Shown here in pieces: positions 37,592-47,287 of a stretch of DNA of 64,000 bases. The translations under genes and the position numbers were made by a program. Source of the stretch: Calditrichia bacterium (GTDB lineage Bacteria > Calditrichota > Calditrichia > RBG-13-44-9 > J075); NCBI GenBank assembly GCA_028284905.1, contig JANQQU010000003.1, forward strand, positions 1-64,000, read 5' to 3'. The notes below the pieces were generated by a model. It saw only the letters and a program-made list of their open reading frames with translations, was not told where the DNA came from and did not search any database. The stretch's first letter is position 1, and each line of letters opens with the position of its first letter.

Positions 37592-38974
37592 CTAAGGTTG
37601 TCGCCAAACAGCGCTTTCCGGGAAAAAAGCATACCATCCAAACCAAAAGGATAGGTGACCGGGAATTCGTGATAAGGTAATCGCTCCATCGCTGCGGCGC
37701 AGTTGTTCTTCGCTAATTTCCCATTCATGGCCTTCAGAATCCAGCATGCGATTCCCGGGGCGTTTTTCCAGGAATTCAACGTCATTACGTTCATATATCC
37801 GTACCGCCATATTTTCCGCATCGGCGATCACCAGTAAGTTTTTTTCATTGAATGTATCGTTGATCAATGACTGTTTTGCCAGCTCCTTTAACGGATAGGC
37901 AAGAGAACGTCCATTGATATGAGCCCCATAGATCCAGTCTTTCGCCTGCAGGCGATTATCCCGCCAGGCAACCGGGAACATGGTTTTATCGCTATCGAAG
38001 TAAGCTTTGTAAGCGGCGCCGGGACTGTAATCCCGTTCATGCCCGGTCTTAATATCCAACACCTTTGTTGCCGGATAACGCTGGCGCCACTCTCCCCAGG
38101 TGGTGCGCACGGTATAAAACGGCCGCAGCTTCATATCAGCATCGGCAGCCGGTCCGGAAACCGCTTCACCGGTTAAGCTGGACCAAAGGGAATTGGTCTG
38201 GCGGTCATACATTAGCTTGTTGCTGCGGTATAACAATCCGGACGATCCAAAGGTGGCTGTAAGGCTATCATTTATTTTACCAAAGTAGGCAATCGCCGCC
38301 CCGCAAAGCGTGCAATAGGTTAATGAAATTGCTTCACCACCGATAGTAGTGTTAAGCATCTCGTGCCAGTTCAAAATCCGCAACGGATAAGCCCGGAACT
38401 CACCATTCAGCGCAATACCAAAAACGTCATCGCTATCGCTTAGATAGAATGCCTCCTCTGCCGGCAACAGGGGCGGGTTATCCAGTGCCGGGATGCCATC
38501 TTTGGCAACGCCGCCCCAAACCACCTCATCGAGACGAATTCGAAAATTACGGTCATCAGCAAAAAATGCAGCGATGGCCGGGTCGATATTGTTGTATAAA
38601 TAGAATTTGTAGGATTGATAAACCGGATGGGGCGTAACTTCCTGCTGACCAAGCCATTCCATCCAGCGTGGCCAGTCTGCATCCATTTTTTTACCAGATA
38701 TTTTTCGGAGCGGCTTTTTCCATTCTTTTGGAAAACGGATCAGCTGCATGGCATCCATAAATGCCGGCAAAAGTGAGAGATCTTCTTTCGCTGCCAGCCA
38801 ATCTGCCGACTTCTTTTGGATCGTCGGACTTTTGCTAAGCAGTCCTTTCATTTTTTGCAAAATTTCCTGATCGTTCCCATACGATCCCTGGCCTAGTGCT
38901 GCCGATATCAGAAAGGTAATGAGGATGGTTATCTGAGTCCATAAATTTGCCGGCATGTTTTTTCTAAAGCGCAT
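37592..38974 (-). CDS. DUF3179-family protein (secreted/membrane-anchored)
   Basis: 460 aa. N-terminal TM. C-terminal signature ...LSFWFGWYAFFPESAVW typical of DUF3179. Confidence 0.7.
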   Translation of the reverse strand: MRFRKNMPANLWTQITILITFLISAALGQGSYGNDQEILQKMKGLLSKSPTIQKKSADWLAAKEDLSLLPAFMDAMQLIRFPKEWKKPLRKISGKKMDADWPRWMEWLGQQEVTPHPVYQSYKFYLYNNIDPAIAAFFADDRNFRIRLDEVVWGGVAKDGIPALDNPPLLPAEEAFYLSDSDDVFGIALNGEFRAYPLRILNWHEMLNTTIGGEAISLTYCTLCGAAIAYFGKINDSLTATFGSSGLLYRSNKLMYDRQTNSLWSSLTGEAVSGPAADADMKLRPFYTVRTTWGEWRQRYPATKVLDIKTGHERDYSPGAAYKAYFDSDKTMFPVAWRDNRLQAKDWIYGAHINGRSLAYPLKELAKQSLINDTFNEKNLLVIADAENMAVRIYERNDVEFLEKRPGNRMLDSEGHEWEISEEQLRRSDGAITLSRIPGHLSFWFGWYAFFPESAVWRQP

Positions 38975-39061
38975 TATGCGTCCTTTCCGATCCTATATAC
39001 CAATTGCGCCAACATAATAAAACTGGTAGTAACAATGCCTCACAAAAGAATAACATCCTGT

Positions 39062-39104
39062 AAAAAAAAGGGGGGCTGCTCGGTCTTTCGACACCAGCAG
39101 CCCC
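39062..39104 (-). terminator. Strong intrinsic terminator on minus strand (GGGGGCTGCT...AGCAGCCCC followed by T8 on the minus strand)
   Basis: 9-10 bp GC-rich stem. On the minus strand it is followed by CCCCTTTTTTTT. Located ~310 nt downstream of the stop of the 39417-39908 gene. Confidence 0.65.
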
Positions 39105-39416
39105 TGGAGGGGAGGGAAGGAGTATAAATAAACTTAATTGGGGTTTTGCTACTGTTCTCCTCAACAACTTTACATAGAACAAACCTCATGCCATATTCTG
39201 GTCACGTTTAAAAAACGCAACACCAAATTCCATAAACTCAATTTTTACAAAATCTTAAACAAAGACCCTTATTAGTAAGCCCTGGCTAATAATGCCCGTT
39301 TGTGCGTATTAATACACAGCGAATCAGTAAAACTGGGGGATATGCCTCAGATGCAAAAAAAACGGCAGACATTAAAAAATGCCCGCCGTGAAATATGCTT
39401 CGTAGCTGTCGATTAA

Positions 39417-39908
39417 TTACTTGATTTCTTTTCCATACTTTTTATGAAAATGGTCTCTTGCGCCAATCACCCAGCCGTCGCGGCGAATGCGCCCGGGAAA
39501 CTCACCGATTTTACCGGACAGCTCATCGATATCCTTATCGTCCATTGTTGCGATCTGGCTAAAACGAAAAATGCCCATATCGTTCAGGCGTTTTTCAAGC
39601 ACTTTTCCGATCCCCCAGATCTTCTTGAGATCATCCCGCTCATCTTCTTCGACATCCGGAACAACAACAGCTGCGACCGGTGTCGCTTTCAATGATTTCC
39701 GGCAGTCTTCCAGATCGGATGTTAGACTATCCACTTTTATCCGATAAGCCTGAATTTCTTCTTCCAGGCTATAGAGATTCGCCTTGGAAATATTCCGGTC
39801 TTTTTCATCGCGTTCATAGCGCGCTTTGCTCCAGAAATAGCCGATAATAAATCCCAGGATAAACGCTGCCAAGAGGCACAAAATGATTTGAGTAATCAGG
39901 TAGGTCAT
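39417..39908 (-). CDS. Membrane-anchored protein with C-terminal helix-hairpin-helix-like domain (DUF4332-like)
   Basis: 163 aa. N-terminal TM, central coiled coil, C-terminus ...LKKIWGIGKVLEKRLNDMGIFRFSQIA...GRIRRDGWV resembling HhH modules. Confidence 0.4.
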   Translation of the reverse strand: MTYLITQIILCLLAAFILGFIIGYFWSKARYERDEKDRNISKANLYSLEEEIQAYRIKVDSLTSDLEDCRKSLKATPVAAVVVPDVEEDERDDLKKIWGIGKVLEKRLNDMGIFRFSQIATMDDKDIDELSGKIGEFPGRIRRDGWVIGARDHFHKKYGKEIK

Positions 39909-39909
39909 C

Positions 39910-40638
39910 TTAATTTTCCTCCAGAACGTTAAATTCTACACGACGATTTTGCTGCTTGCCGCTCTCTTCATCATTATTAGCCAACGGCTTAGTTGCGCCA
40001 TAGCCAGCACTCTTCAGGCGGGCACCATCAATATTTTTCCCGATCAAATATTGGCGAACAGCGTTGGCGCGATTTTTACTTAAGTCCAGGTTATACTGAG
40101 CATCGCCTGTGGCGTCTGTGTGCCCGGCAATTTCAATAACAGATGAAGGCTTCTGATTTAAAATGCCGGCAATTTCATCTAGTAATGTATAATTGGCGAC
40201 ATCGATAACCGCACTGTTAGACTCAAACTCGATCGTTTTCCCGGCCAGCAACGCATCCAGCTTAATCTGTGTTTCGGTTTTAGGCTTCGCTGGTGCTGCT
40301 GTAGTATCCAGCGGTGGCGGGGCTGGTGCCGCGACGGTCAGATTGTTTACCACACCGGCCACCCCATACACATCGCCAACGATGCCCGTTGCCTGGTCAG
40401 CAACCTCCTCGCTGGCAACTTCCCCGGCCAGGATTGCGTGGCGACCATTAAAACTCACATCCGACAACGAAATACCAGCATTTGTTAACGCTTCCCGGGA
40501 GCGATCGGTAAGATCCCGGGCCATCTCATCTGCATGAAGAAAAATGCAAAGCAGGCAAATGATCAAAAATCCCAGGAGCCCCAAAATAGCAAGGGTAAAT
40601 CTGCGTTTCATCTTAAACCTCAGTATTATTGGTAGCAA
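39910..40638 (-). CDS. OmpA-family protein with BON domain (peptidoglycan-associated, OmpA/MotB C-terminal domain)
   Basis: 242 aa. BON-like segment, then OmpA_C: IEIAGHTDATGDAQYNLDLSKNRANAV...NRRVEF. Confidence 0.85.
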   Translation of the reverse strand: MLPIILRFKMKRRFTLAILGLLGFLIICLLCIFLHADEMARDLTDRSREALTNAGISLSDVSFNGRHAILAGEVASEEVADQATGIVGDVYGVAGVVNNLTVAAPAPPPLDTTAAPAKPKTETQIKLDALLAGKTIEFESNSAVIDVANYTLLDEIAGILNQKPSSVIEIAGHTDATGDAQYNLDLSKNRANAVRQYLIGKNIDGARLKSAGYGATKPLANNDEESGKQQNRRVEFNVLEEN

Positions 40639-40802
40639 AAATTTTTCTCAGCTTCGTTTGAAAATAGCTTTTAAAAAAATTTGCCCTGTAAAATAAATGA
40701 TATTTTTTGATTATAAGTTTGCTGCAAAGTGAGTGATTTCCCATAGCTCCGAAAAGAAAATGCGGCAAAAGACACTATTTTAACAAATATCAATAGAATT
40801 CC

Positions 40803-42179
40803 TTAAATCAAGTGATACTTCTCCAGGCGATAGCGAAAGGTATCCCGGCTAAGGTGCAGCAGCTTTGCTGCCCGGGACTGATTGCCCTCGGCAATCGCCA
40901 TTGCATCCTGCAACAGTTTTTTCTCAATTTCATCGAATGAAATGCCTTCCGGTGGTAATTTAAACCGTTCCAGCGGCGAGGCGGATGGTTCGCTGCTACT
41001 GAGCATACCGATCTGCAGATCTTCCGCATCAATCGCATCTCCTTCGACAAAGATCATCGCTCGTTCAATAGCATTGCGCAATTCCCGGACATTCCCAGGC
41101 CATTCGTGATTTCGCAATTTATTCCGCGCTTCCGAGGTAAATCCCTTTACTGATTTTTTGTAGCTGATATTCAGCCCATTAACGAAATTACTAGCCAGCG
41201 TGAGAATATCATCCCCCATCACTCTCAAGGAGGGAAGATCAATATTAACAACGCTTAAGCGATAAAATAAATCTTCCCGAAATGCTTGTTCGTGGACCAG
41301 TTTCTTTAAATGACGATTGGTAGCGGTAATCAATCGAATATCTACGGATATTTCTTTATTACTGCCCAGTCGGCGAAAACGGCGAGTTTCCAAAAAGGAG
41401 AGCAGCTTTGCCTGCAGCTTCGGCGGCATTTCCCCAATTTCATCGAGGAATAATGTGCCATTATGTGCTGTTTCCAACAGTCCGGGCTTCGTGGTCATCG
41501 CATTGGTGAATGCACCCTTTTCGTAGCCAAACAGTTCGGATTCCAGCAATGTATCCGGAATCGCCGCACAGTTGATTTCGACAAATGGCGCCTGGCTTCC
41601 CTGGGATGAGTAATGGATAATGCGGGCTATCATGCTTTTTCCGGTGCCGCTTTCTCCGGTAAGCAGGATTGTTGCTGTCGGGATCTTCGCAATCTTTTCG
41701 ATCGTACGCTTCACTTTGCTAATCGGCTCGGAGTCTCCCCAGATATGAGCAAATCCTTCGCTGGATTGTGCTTTTAAAATGCCTTCAAGTAGTTGTATTT
41801 CATTGCGTTGTTGGTTGACTTGCTGTTGCAGTGTCGCTTTATCGGTAACATCCGTTATCAGGCAAAAGAGCGGCTTATCCGCATCATCAGTGGGATGAAA
41901 CGAAATATTAAAATAGTTAATCTCGCCATCTTCAGATTCGCGGTTGATATTTTCCAGGGAGAATGTCGGTTGGCTGCCATCGATAATGGCAGAAAGGATT
42001 GCTTCCAGGCCAAAAGTTTCCGGGAATAGCTGGGTAATGGACTGCCGCTGAACATCCCCGGTGGAAACTGTAAAGCGAGCAAACCGTTTGTTCGCAGTCA
42101 CTACCCGGCTCTCCGGGGAGAGATAGGCGAAACCGTAAAGGTTCTGACTCAGTAAATTTTCAAAAAACAGCGTGTCCAT
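40803..42179 (-). CDS. Sigma-54-dependent transcriptional activator with N-terminal PAS domain (no receiver domain)
   Basis: 458 aa. PAS, AAA+ (GESGTGKS, GAFTNA variant of GAFTGA, ESELFGYEKGAFT), C-terminal HTH. Confidence 0.9.
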   Translation of the reverse strand: MDTLFFENLLSQNLYGFAYLSPESRVVTANKRFARFTVSTGDVQRQSITQLFPETFGLEAILSAIIDGSQPTFSLENINRESEDGEINYFNISFHPTDDADKPLFCLITDVTDKATLQQQVNQQRNEIQLLEGILKAQSSEGFAHIWGDSEPISKVKRTIEKIAKIPTATILLTGESGTGKSMIARIIHYSSQGSQAPFVEINCAAIPDTLLESELFGYEKGAFTNAMTTKPGLLETAHNGTLFLDEIGEMPPKLQAKLLSFLETRRFRRLGSNKEISVDIRLITATNRHLKKLVHEQAFREDLFYRLSVVNIDLPSLRVMGDDILTLASNFVNGLNISYKKSVKGFTSEARNKLRNHEWPGNVRELRNAIERAMIFVEGDAIDAEDLQIGMLSSSEPSASPLERFKLPPEGISFDEIEKKLLQDAMAIAEGNQSRAAKLLHLSRDTFRYRLEKYHLI

Positions 42180-42182
42180 AAT

Positions 42183-42710
42183 TTAGCTGGATGCAATAAG
42201 TAGACCAAGTTTTTCAAATGCGGCTTCAACATTATTATTTTCTTTTGCACTGGTCAGCAAGACCGGCGCTTTTAATGTCTCACCCAGTTCTTCAAGTTGC
42301 TGGATATTCTCACTCTCGGCAGCAATTAAATCAAATTTATTTCCGGCGAGCACAAATGGCGTACCGGGTGCAGTTTGCTGATAGGCTTCGACAATATTAT
42401 TCGCGACCGAAATACTATCCGGGCGGGTAAGATCGGAGACAATTAGCGCACCGTGGGCGCCAATCATATAATTCTGAATTTGTGGCGTAATCACTTCCGC
42501 GCCTTCAATATCCCAGAGCAAAAAGTTAAACTGCACTATTTTGTGTTGATCGGTTTCTATTGGAGAGAGGAGTTTTTGACAAACTTTGATACCGATGGTA
42601 GATTTGTATTCATCATCAAATTTGTTATATACAAATCGTTCGACCAGGCTCGTTTTACCGACCCCGAACATTCCCAGTATACATATCTTCTTCTGATTCA
42701 TGCTGTTCAT
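42183..42710 (-). CDS. Ras-superfamily small GTPase (MglA/Rab-like)
   Basis: 175 aa. P-loop GMFGVGKTS, switch I T (TIGIKV), WDIEG (DxxG), GNKFDL (NKxD), SAK. Start is 4 nt after the upstream activator's stop... tight spacing with both neighbours. Confidence 0.8.
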   Translation of the reverse strand: MNSMNQKKICILGMFGVGKTSLVERFVYNKFDDEYKSTIGIKVCQKLLSPIETDQHKIVQFNFLLWDIEGAEVITPQIQNYMIGAHGALIVSDLTRPDSISVANNIVEAYQQTAPGTPFVLAGNKFDLIAAESENIQQLEELGETLKAPVLLTSAKENNNVEAAFEKLGLLIASS

Positions 42711-42711
42711 T

Positions 42712-43596
42712 TTAGCTGTTCTGTGTTACTTCCAGATAGGACTTTAAGGGTTGTTCGATTTCTTTCAGGTGAGAGTTGTCGCCATCATGGTCTCTTAATT
42801 TGCGATAGAAACGACCATGAATGTTTTCATGAAGCTCCCGGACACTTTTCGAGAAATCTTCCGGAGGAATGCCATTATAAACAACTGCAAGATAGCTGTA
42901 AATGGCACTATCGATGCGAATGGTTGATTTGCTGTGCTCAATTTCCCGAAGCTCGCCGGGGTCATCGTTCGAAAAAGATGTTTCCACAAAGGATTTAATT
43001 GCCGTCAGCATTCCCCCGATAATATGCGCATCATCATTTTCAGGAGATAATCCTTCCCGGTTGGCGTAAGAGACTAATAAACCGGAGTTCTTTGCAATCA
43101 GAAAAACCCGCTGTATCTCAAATGGTAGTGCATCTCTCATTATCAATTCTGCCTGGCTAACGCCTTTGAAGCGAGCAATAAGCGATCGAAACCAACGGGA
43201 GAAGTTGAAAGTTTTGTTCAGCTGTTGATTGATATTCGCCGCGAATTTTTTCATCGCTTCAGTGACGGCTTTGCTGACCATTCGCCCGACAATCGGGTAC
43301 ATCGCATCAACCATATCTTCTTTGGCATCGCGAATTTGGACTTTGATCGCCTCGCTCATCACCGGTGCCAGGGACTCCGCCATTTCCGCTTTGGAATTAC
43401 GAATCTTATTTTCCAGTAACTCCGCGATTACCGGTTGCAGGGTTTCGATGAGATGATCTTTCTCGTTCAGCTGTTCATGAAGCCGCTGAATTTCCGCTTC
43501 AAGTTGCTGGATACGATTCTGATCTTCGGTAAGCAGCAGATGCTTTAACTGTTTGAAGGGGTCATCAAAAGAATTTGGTATGTCCCGATTATTCAT
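42712..43596 (-). CDS. Roadblock/LC7 (MglB-like) domain protein with N-terminal coiled-coil extension
   Basis: 294 aa. C-terminal ~110 aa alpha/beta segment (FLIAKNSGLLVSYANREGL...IIGGMLTAIKSF...RIDSAIYSYLAVVYNG) consistent with the Roadblock fold. Ends 2 nt before the GTPase start. Confidence 0.55.
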   Translation of the reverse strand: MNNRDIPNSFDDPFKQLKHLLLTEDQNRIQQLEAEIQRLHEQLNEKDHLIETLQPVIAELLENKIRNSKAEMAESLAPVMSEAIKVQIRDAKEDMVDAMYPIVGRMVSKAVTEAMKKFAANINQQLNKTFNFSRWFRSLIARFKGVSQAELIMRDALPFEIQRVFLIAKNSGLLVSYANREGLSPENDDAHIIGGMLTAIKSFVETSFSNDDPGELREIEHSKSTIRIDSAIYSYLAVVYNGIPPEDFSKSVRELHENIHGRFYRKLRDHDGDNSHLKEIEQPLKSYLEVTQNS

Positions 43597-44011
43597 CGTT
43601 ATTCAGTGCGTCACTTTGTCCGTTAGTTAGCTGAACTTTTTTGCCTGTCTGCAACCGCTCTCCCATTTCTATCAGATACTCTGCCAGTGTAGACCGCTGT
43701 ACGCTGTTTTGGTCACATGATTTTATCATGCCACTCAAACGAGTGTCGAGATCTTGCAAACGATCCTGAAAATTTTTGTCCAGATCGGATATCTGCGAGC
43801 GCAGTTCCTGATGTTTTTCTTCATTTGTCGTTTTCAAGGTGTCGATCGATTTTTGAAGCGCGTCCAGGGATTGCTCGACTCTTTTTTGCAACGCAGCGAC
43901 TTCGCCGGTTACAGAATTAAACTTTTCATTTAATGCATCTACCTGTTGCCCAAAAAGCAACTGGCGAATTTGATCCATGGTGTTTTCAGAAGGGGCATTA
44001 CTCTTGCTCAT
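43589..44011 (-). CDS. Coiled-coil protein of unknown function
   Basis: 140 aa, all-helical heptad character. Overlaps the downstream gene by 8 nt (translational coupling). Confidence 0.5.
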   Translation of the reverse strand: MSKSNAPSENTMDQIRQLLFGQQVDALNEKFNSVTGEVAALQKRVEQSLDALQKSIDTLKTTNEEKHQELRSQISDLDKNFQDRLQDLDTRLSGMIKSCDQNSVQRSTLAEYLIEMGERLQTGKKVQLTNGQSDALNNDE

Positions 44012-44178
44012 GACAGCTAAATCTCCCTTTTATTTTATCCAGCAAGTAACATATCCCTGATTGATTTACTATAGCATATACCTATTCGACCGGAAGGCGA
44101 ACAGTGTAGTGTGGTGGTATTATAACGTTTTAATATCTGCATAATTTTTTATGAATGCAAGAATTAGAACGTTTTCCG

Positions 44179-45063
44179 CTATCGGGTAATATTCAGGTTA
44201 CCAGAACGATTTACCGGCAAATCAATATTTTTTAACAGTGGCAAAGAAGTATCAAAACCAAATGTGCCATCAAAATTGTAATTCACACTGTTATTCCCGG
44301 AAAGCAGGTTAAATACGGTTTGACCGACTTCCAGAAAGTTCAGAGAAATCGGCACACGCAGGTTTCCTTTGCCATTTCCGGCAATCTGCATCGCCTGACT
44401 GCTTAACCCTTCTGCCCAATTTTGGCCATTCACATTAAAATTGTAGTTCATATTTTTTAAGGAGAATGCAAATCCATTCGGGTTATCCACTTCGATGTTC
44501 AGGGCTAAATCCGCGCCGGTCAGGTTTAATTTATCCAATTTCAGTGAAGCAACTTTCACTTTCGGCACCTTAATCATTGGCACCTCGCCACTATGACTGA
44601 CAGGAATTCGGGTTTTGCCAAGCAGGGGAAGGTCTACGGTTACCCCGACGTCAATCTTGTAACCAGAGTTATCCTGATTTTTCAAAGCGGCGAAAGTGTT
44701 ATACAGATCTTTAAAATTTAGGGTGAGCGGAATTTCAAAGTTACTGGTTTGGGCGGCGCCGATTTCCTGCGGCGAGTCCTGCTGCCCGGTGAGGAATGAT
44801 GACTGATTGATCTGGAAATCGTAATCGAATCCCATCAGATTAGCGGACACCTGATTCGGATTTTCTACGGCCAACTCAACTGCCAAATCGATATCACTCA
44901 GGCTCATACCGGTAAAACGGACATTTTTTACACTCACATTCGGCTTCTGCACATTCATCAGGTTCTGAACGGTGGCACAGCCAGCAAACCATAAACAAAG
45001 CGTCATTAGCATCCAGAAAGAGAGTCGCTTTTGTAGTAACTTAGTCATATGAAATTCCTTCAA
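44179..45063 (-). CDS. LEA type-2 (water-stress/hypersensitive-response domain) lipoprotein, two LEA_2 repeats
   Basis: Lipobox WFAGCAT. Repeated VKNVRFTGMSLSDIDLAVELAVENPN / LKLDKLNLTGADLALNIEVDNPN motifs. Confidence 0.7.
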   Translation of the reverse strand: MKEFHMTKLLQKRLSFWMLMTLCLWFAGCATVQNLMNVQKPNVSVKNVRFTGMSLSDIDLAVELAVENPNQVSANLMGFDYDFQINQSSFLTGQQDSPQEIGAAQTSNFEIPLTLNFKDLYNTFAALKNQDNSGYKIDVGVTVDLPLLGKTRIPVSHSGEVPMIKVPKVKVASLKLDKLNLTGADLALNIEVDNPNGFAFSLKNMNYNFNVNGQNWAEGLSSQAMQIAGNGKGNLRVPISLNFLEVGQTVFNLLSGNNSVNYNFDGTFGFDTSLPLLKNIDLPVNRSGNLNITR

Positions 45064-45078
45064 TTTTATCTTTCAATA

Positions 45079-46383
45079 TTATAATACGCTTTTTAGTATC
45101 TCTACAAAGTGATATATATCGGAATAACTATTATAGAGCGGCACCGGCGCTACACGGATGACATCCGGCTCCCGCCAGTCGCAAACCACACCACGTTCGC
45201 TGATGGCATCATACACCCGTTTCCCTTCGGAAGCAACTACTAAGGAAAGCTGGCATCCACGCGATTCGACTTCGTGCGGAGTAATGTAGCTAATTTTTTC
45301 CGGGCCAATTTCGTCAACAAGAAAGGCCAGGTAATTGGTTAACTGAATACTTTTCTCCCGCAGAGCCTCCATACCCGCTTCGTCAAAAATATCCATGGAG
45401 GCACGTAAAGCAGCCATCGGTAGTATGGGTGGATTGCTTAACTGCCAGCCTTCCGCGCCGGGGATTGCCTGAAAGTCCGGCCCCATTTTAAAACGGGTAT
45501 GTTTATCATGGCCCCACCAGCCGGCAAATCTTGGTAAATCCTGACGATCCGCGTGTCGCTCGTGGACGAAGCAGCCAGCCAGGCTTCCCGGCCCGCTATT
45601 CAAATATTTGTAGGAACACCAAGCAGCAAAATCTGCATCCCAGTCATGTAACTGCAATGGCACATTACCGGCCGCATGGGCAAGATCATACCCCACCACA
45701 CAACCCTGCTTATGCGCCAACGTGCTAATTTGCCCCAAATCGAAGAATTGCCCGGTGTAATAATTCACCCCGCCCAAAAGCACCAGGGCGATTTGCGATC
45801 CTTCTCTTTCGAGCATATCGGCGATATCTGCCATTCGGTGGGTTACTTCCCCTTCCCGCAAAGGCAACTCCAGAAAAGCATCGGCGGGATCGTATCCGTG
45901 AAAAGAGATTTGAGACTTTACCGCATATTGATCGGATGGGAAGGCATTCGCTTCGATCAGTATCTTATAGCGTTGTGGGGTCGGGCGATAAAAGGAAACC
46001 ATCAGCAGGTGCAGATTAACCGTCAGACTGTTCATCACCACCACTTCCTGCGCCTGCGCCCCAACCAGGCGGGCAGTCGCGCGGGTTAAATTCTCGTGGT
46101 ATGGCATCCAGGGATGTTTCGCGCGAAAATGTCCTTCAACCCCATGCGCTTCCCAATCGGCTAATTCCTGCTCGACGTAGGCCCGCACGGATTTCGGTTG
46201 CAGGCCGAGAGAATTACCGCAGAGGTAAATCACTGGGTTGCCATCATGATGTTTGGGGTGATTAAAAAGATCCCGATAGCGAGCAAGTGGGTCCGATGTG
46301 TCTAAATGCTGGGCGAATTCCCGATCCGTTTTAAATGTCATCAATATATCCCGGTTGATATAAAAGGCATATTCAGCAAACAA
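45079..46383 (-). CDS. kynU: Kynureninase
   Basis: 434 aa. PLP-fold type I. N-terminus FAQHLDTSDPLARYRDLF..IYLCGNSLGLQPK is typical of kynureninase. Confidence 0.9.
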   Translation of the reverse strand: MFAEYAFYINRDILMTFKTDREFAQHLDTSDPLARYRDLFNHPKHHDGNPVIYLCGNSLGLQPKSVRAYVEQELADWEAHGVEGHFRAKHPWMPYHENLTRATARLVGAQAQEVVVMNSLTVNLHLLMVSFYRPTPQRYKILIEANAFPSDQYAVKSQISFHGYDPADAFLELPLREGEVTHRMADIADMLEREGSQIALVLLGGVNYYTGQFFDLGQISTLAHKQGCVVGYDLAHAAGNVPLQLHDWDADFAAWCSYKYLNSGPGSLAGCFVHERHADRQDLPRFAGWWGHDKHTRFKMGPDFQAIPGAEGWQLSNPPILPMAALRASMDIFDEAGMEALREKSIQLTNYLAFLVDEIGPEKISYITPHEVESRGCQLSLVVASEGKRVYDAISERGVVCDWREPDVIRVAPVPLYNSYSDIYHFVEILKSVL

Positions 46384-46442
46384 ACAAGGTTACAGCATCA
46401 GAATACGATTGTCAACGGTCGATTAAAGATTTTCGAGAGGCG

Positions 46443-46488
46443 GGGAAACATCCCCTAAAACGCAAAAAGCGGGACAAGCCCGCTTTTC
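46443..46488 (-). terminator. Intrinsic terminator(s) downstream of clpP (AAAAGCGGG-acaag-CCCGCTTTT plus second hairpin GGGGA-aaca-TCCCC)
   Basis: On the minus strand the stem is followed by TTTTTGCGTTTT. Confidence 0.65.
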
Positions 46489-46512
46489 TGCACAAAAAAT
46501 TTAGTAAAACAA

Positions 46513-47115
46513 TTAGATCTCGTCTTCGGATTTGACAACCTTACCAACCAGGCCATATTTGATGGCTTCGTCGGCAGACATCCAAAAATTACGATCGCTG
46601 TCTTTTTCGATGCGGCTGACCGACTGTCCGGTCGCATCGGCAAAAATCTGGTTCAGGCGACCGCGCATTTTCACGATCTCTTTTGCCTCGATGCCAATAT
46701 CAGTGGCTTGTCCCATTACGCCGCCGCTCGGCTGGTGCAGCAAAAAACGGGTATTCGGCAGGCAGAGGCGATCTTCTTTTTCTGCGGCAGCAAAAATCAA
46801 TGCGCCGGCACTGGCCACCCAGCCGGTACCAATGATTTTAACCCGCGGCTTTACGAAACGAATCATATCGAAAATGGTATCGCCGGATTCCACATGGCCG
46901 CCCTGGGAATTGATAAAAATCTTGATGTCTTCATCAGAATCAGCCGCCAGCACCAGCAATTTTCGACTGACATCTTCCGCCAGTTTTTGATTGATGCCGC
47001 CGTAGATCAGTATCGTCCGGGTTTTTAAAAGTTTTTCACCCAGCCCCCGGCTTTTTTCTTCTTTATCTTTCTTTTGATCTTCCAGACGAATGTCCAACAT
47101 CCAATTCTCCTTCAA
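46513..47115 (-). CDS. clpP: ATP-dependent Clp protease proteolytic subunit
   Basis: 200 aa. Ser (GWVASAG), His (LLHQPSGG) and Asp (SDRNFWMSA) triad context; global ClpP similarity. Confidence 0.9.
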   Translation of the reverse strand: MKENWMLDIRLEDQKKDKEEKSRGLGEKLLKTRTILIYGGINQKLAEDVSRKLLVLAADSDEDIKIFINSQGGHVESGDTIFDMIRFVKPRVKIIGTGWVASAGALIFAAAEKEDRLCLPNTRFLLHQPSGGVMGQATDIGIEAKEIVKMRGRLNQIFADATGQSVSRIEKDSDRNFWMSADEAIKYGLVGKVVKSEDEI

Positions 47116-47287
47116 GGTTATTACTGTAAGTCCTGCTTATTTTCATTCGTTAAATATAATCAATCCCAACAGGGAAATATAAAAAAAATTCCCGCGCTGG
47201 CGAAAGCCATAATTTAGCTTTTTTCCCGCTGCCGAAACTCGCTGTAGTCACGGATTTTAAATTTTCTTCTCAATTCCGCTGCTCCCG

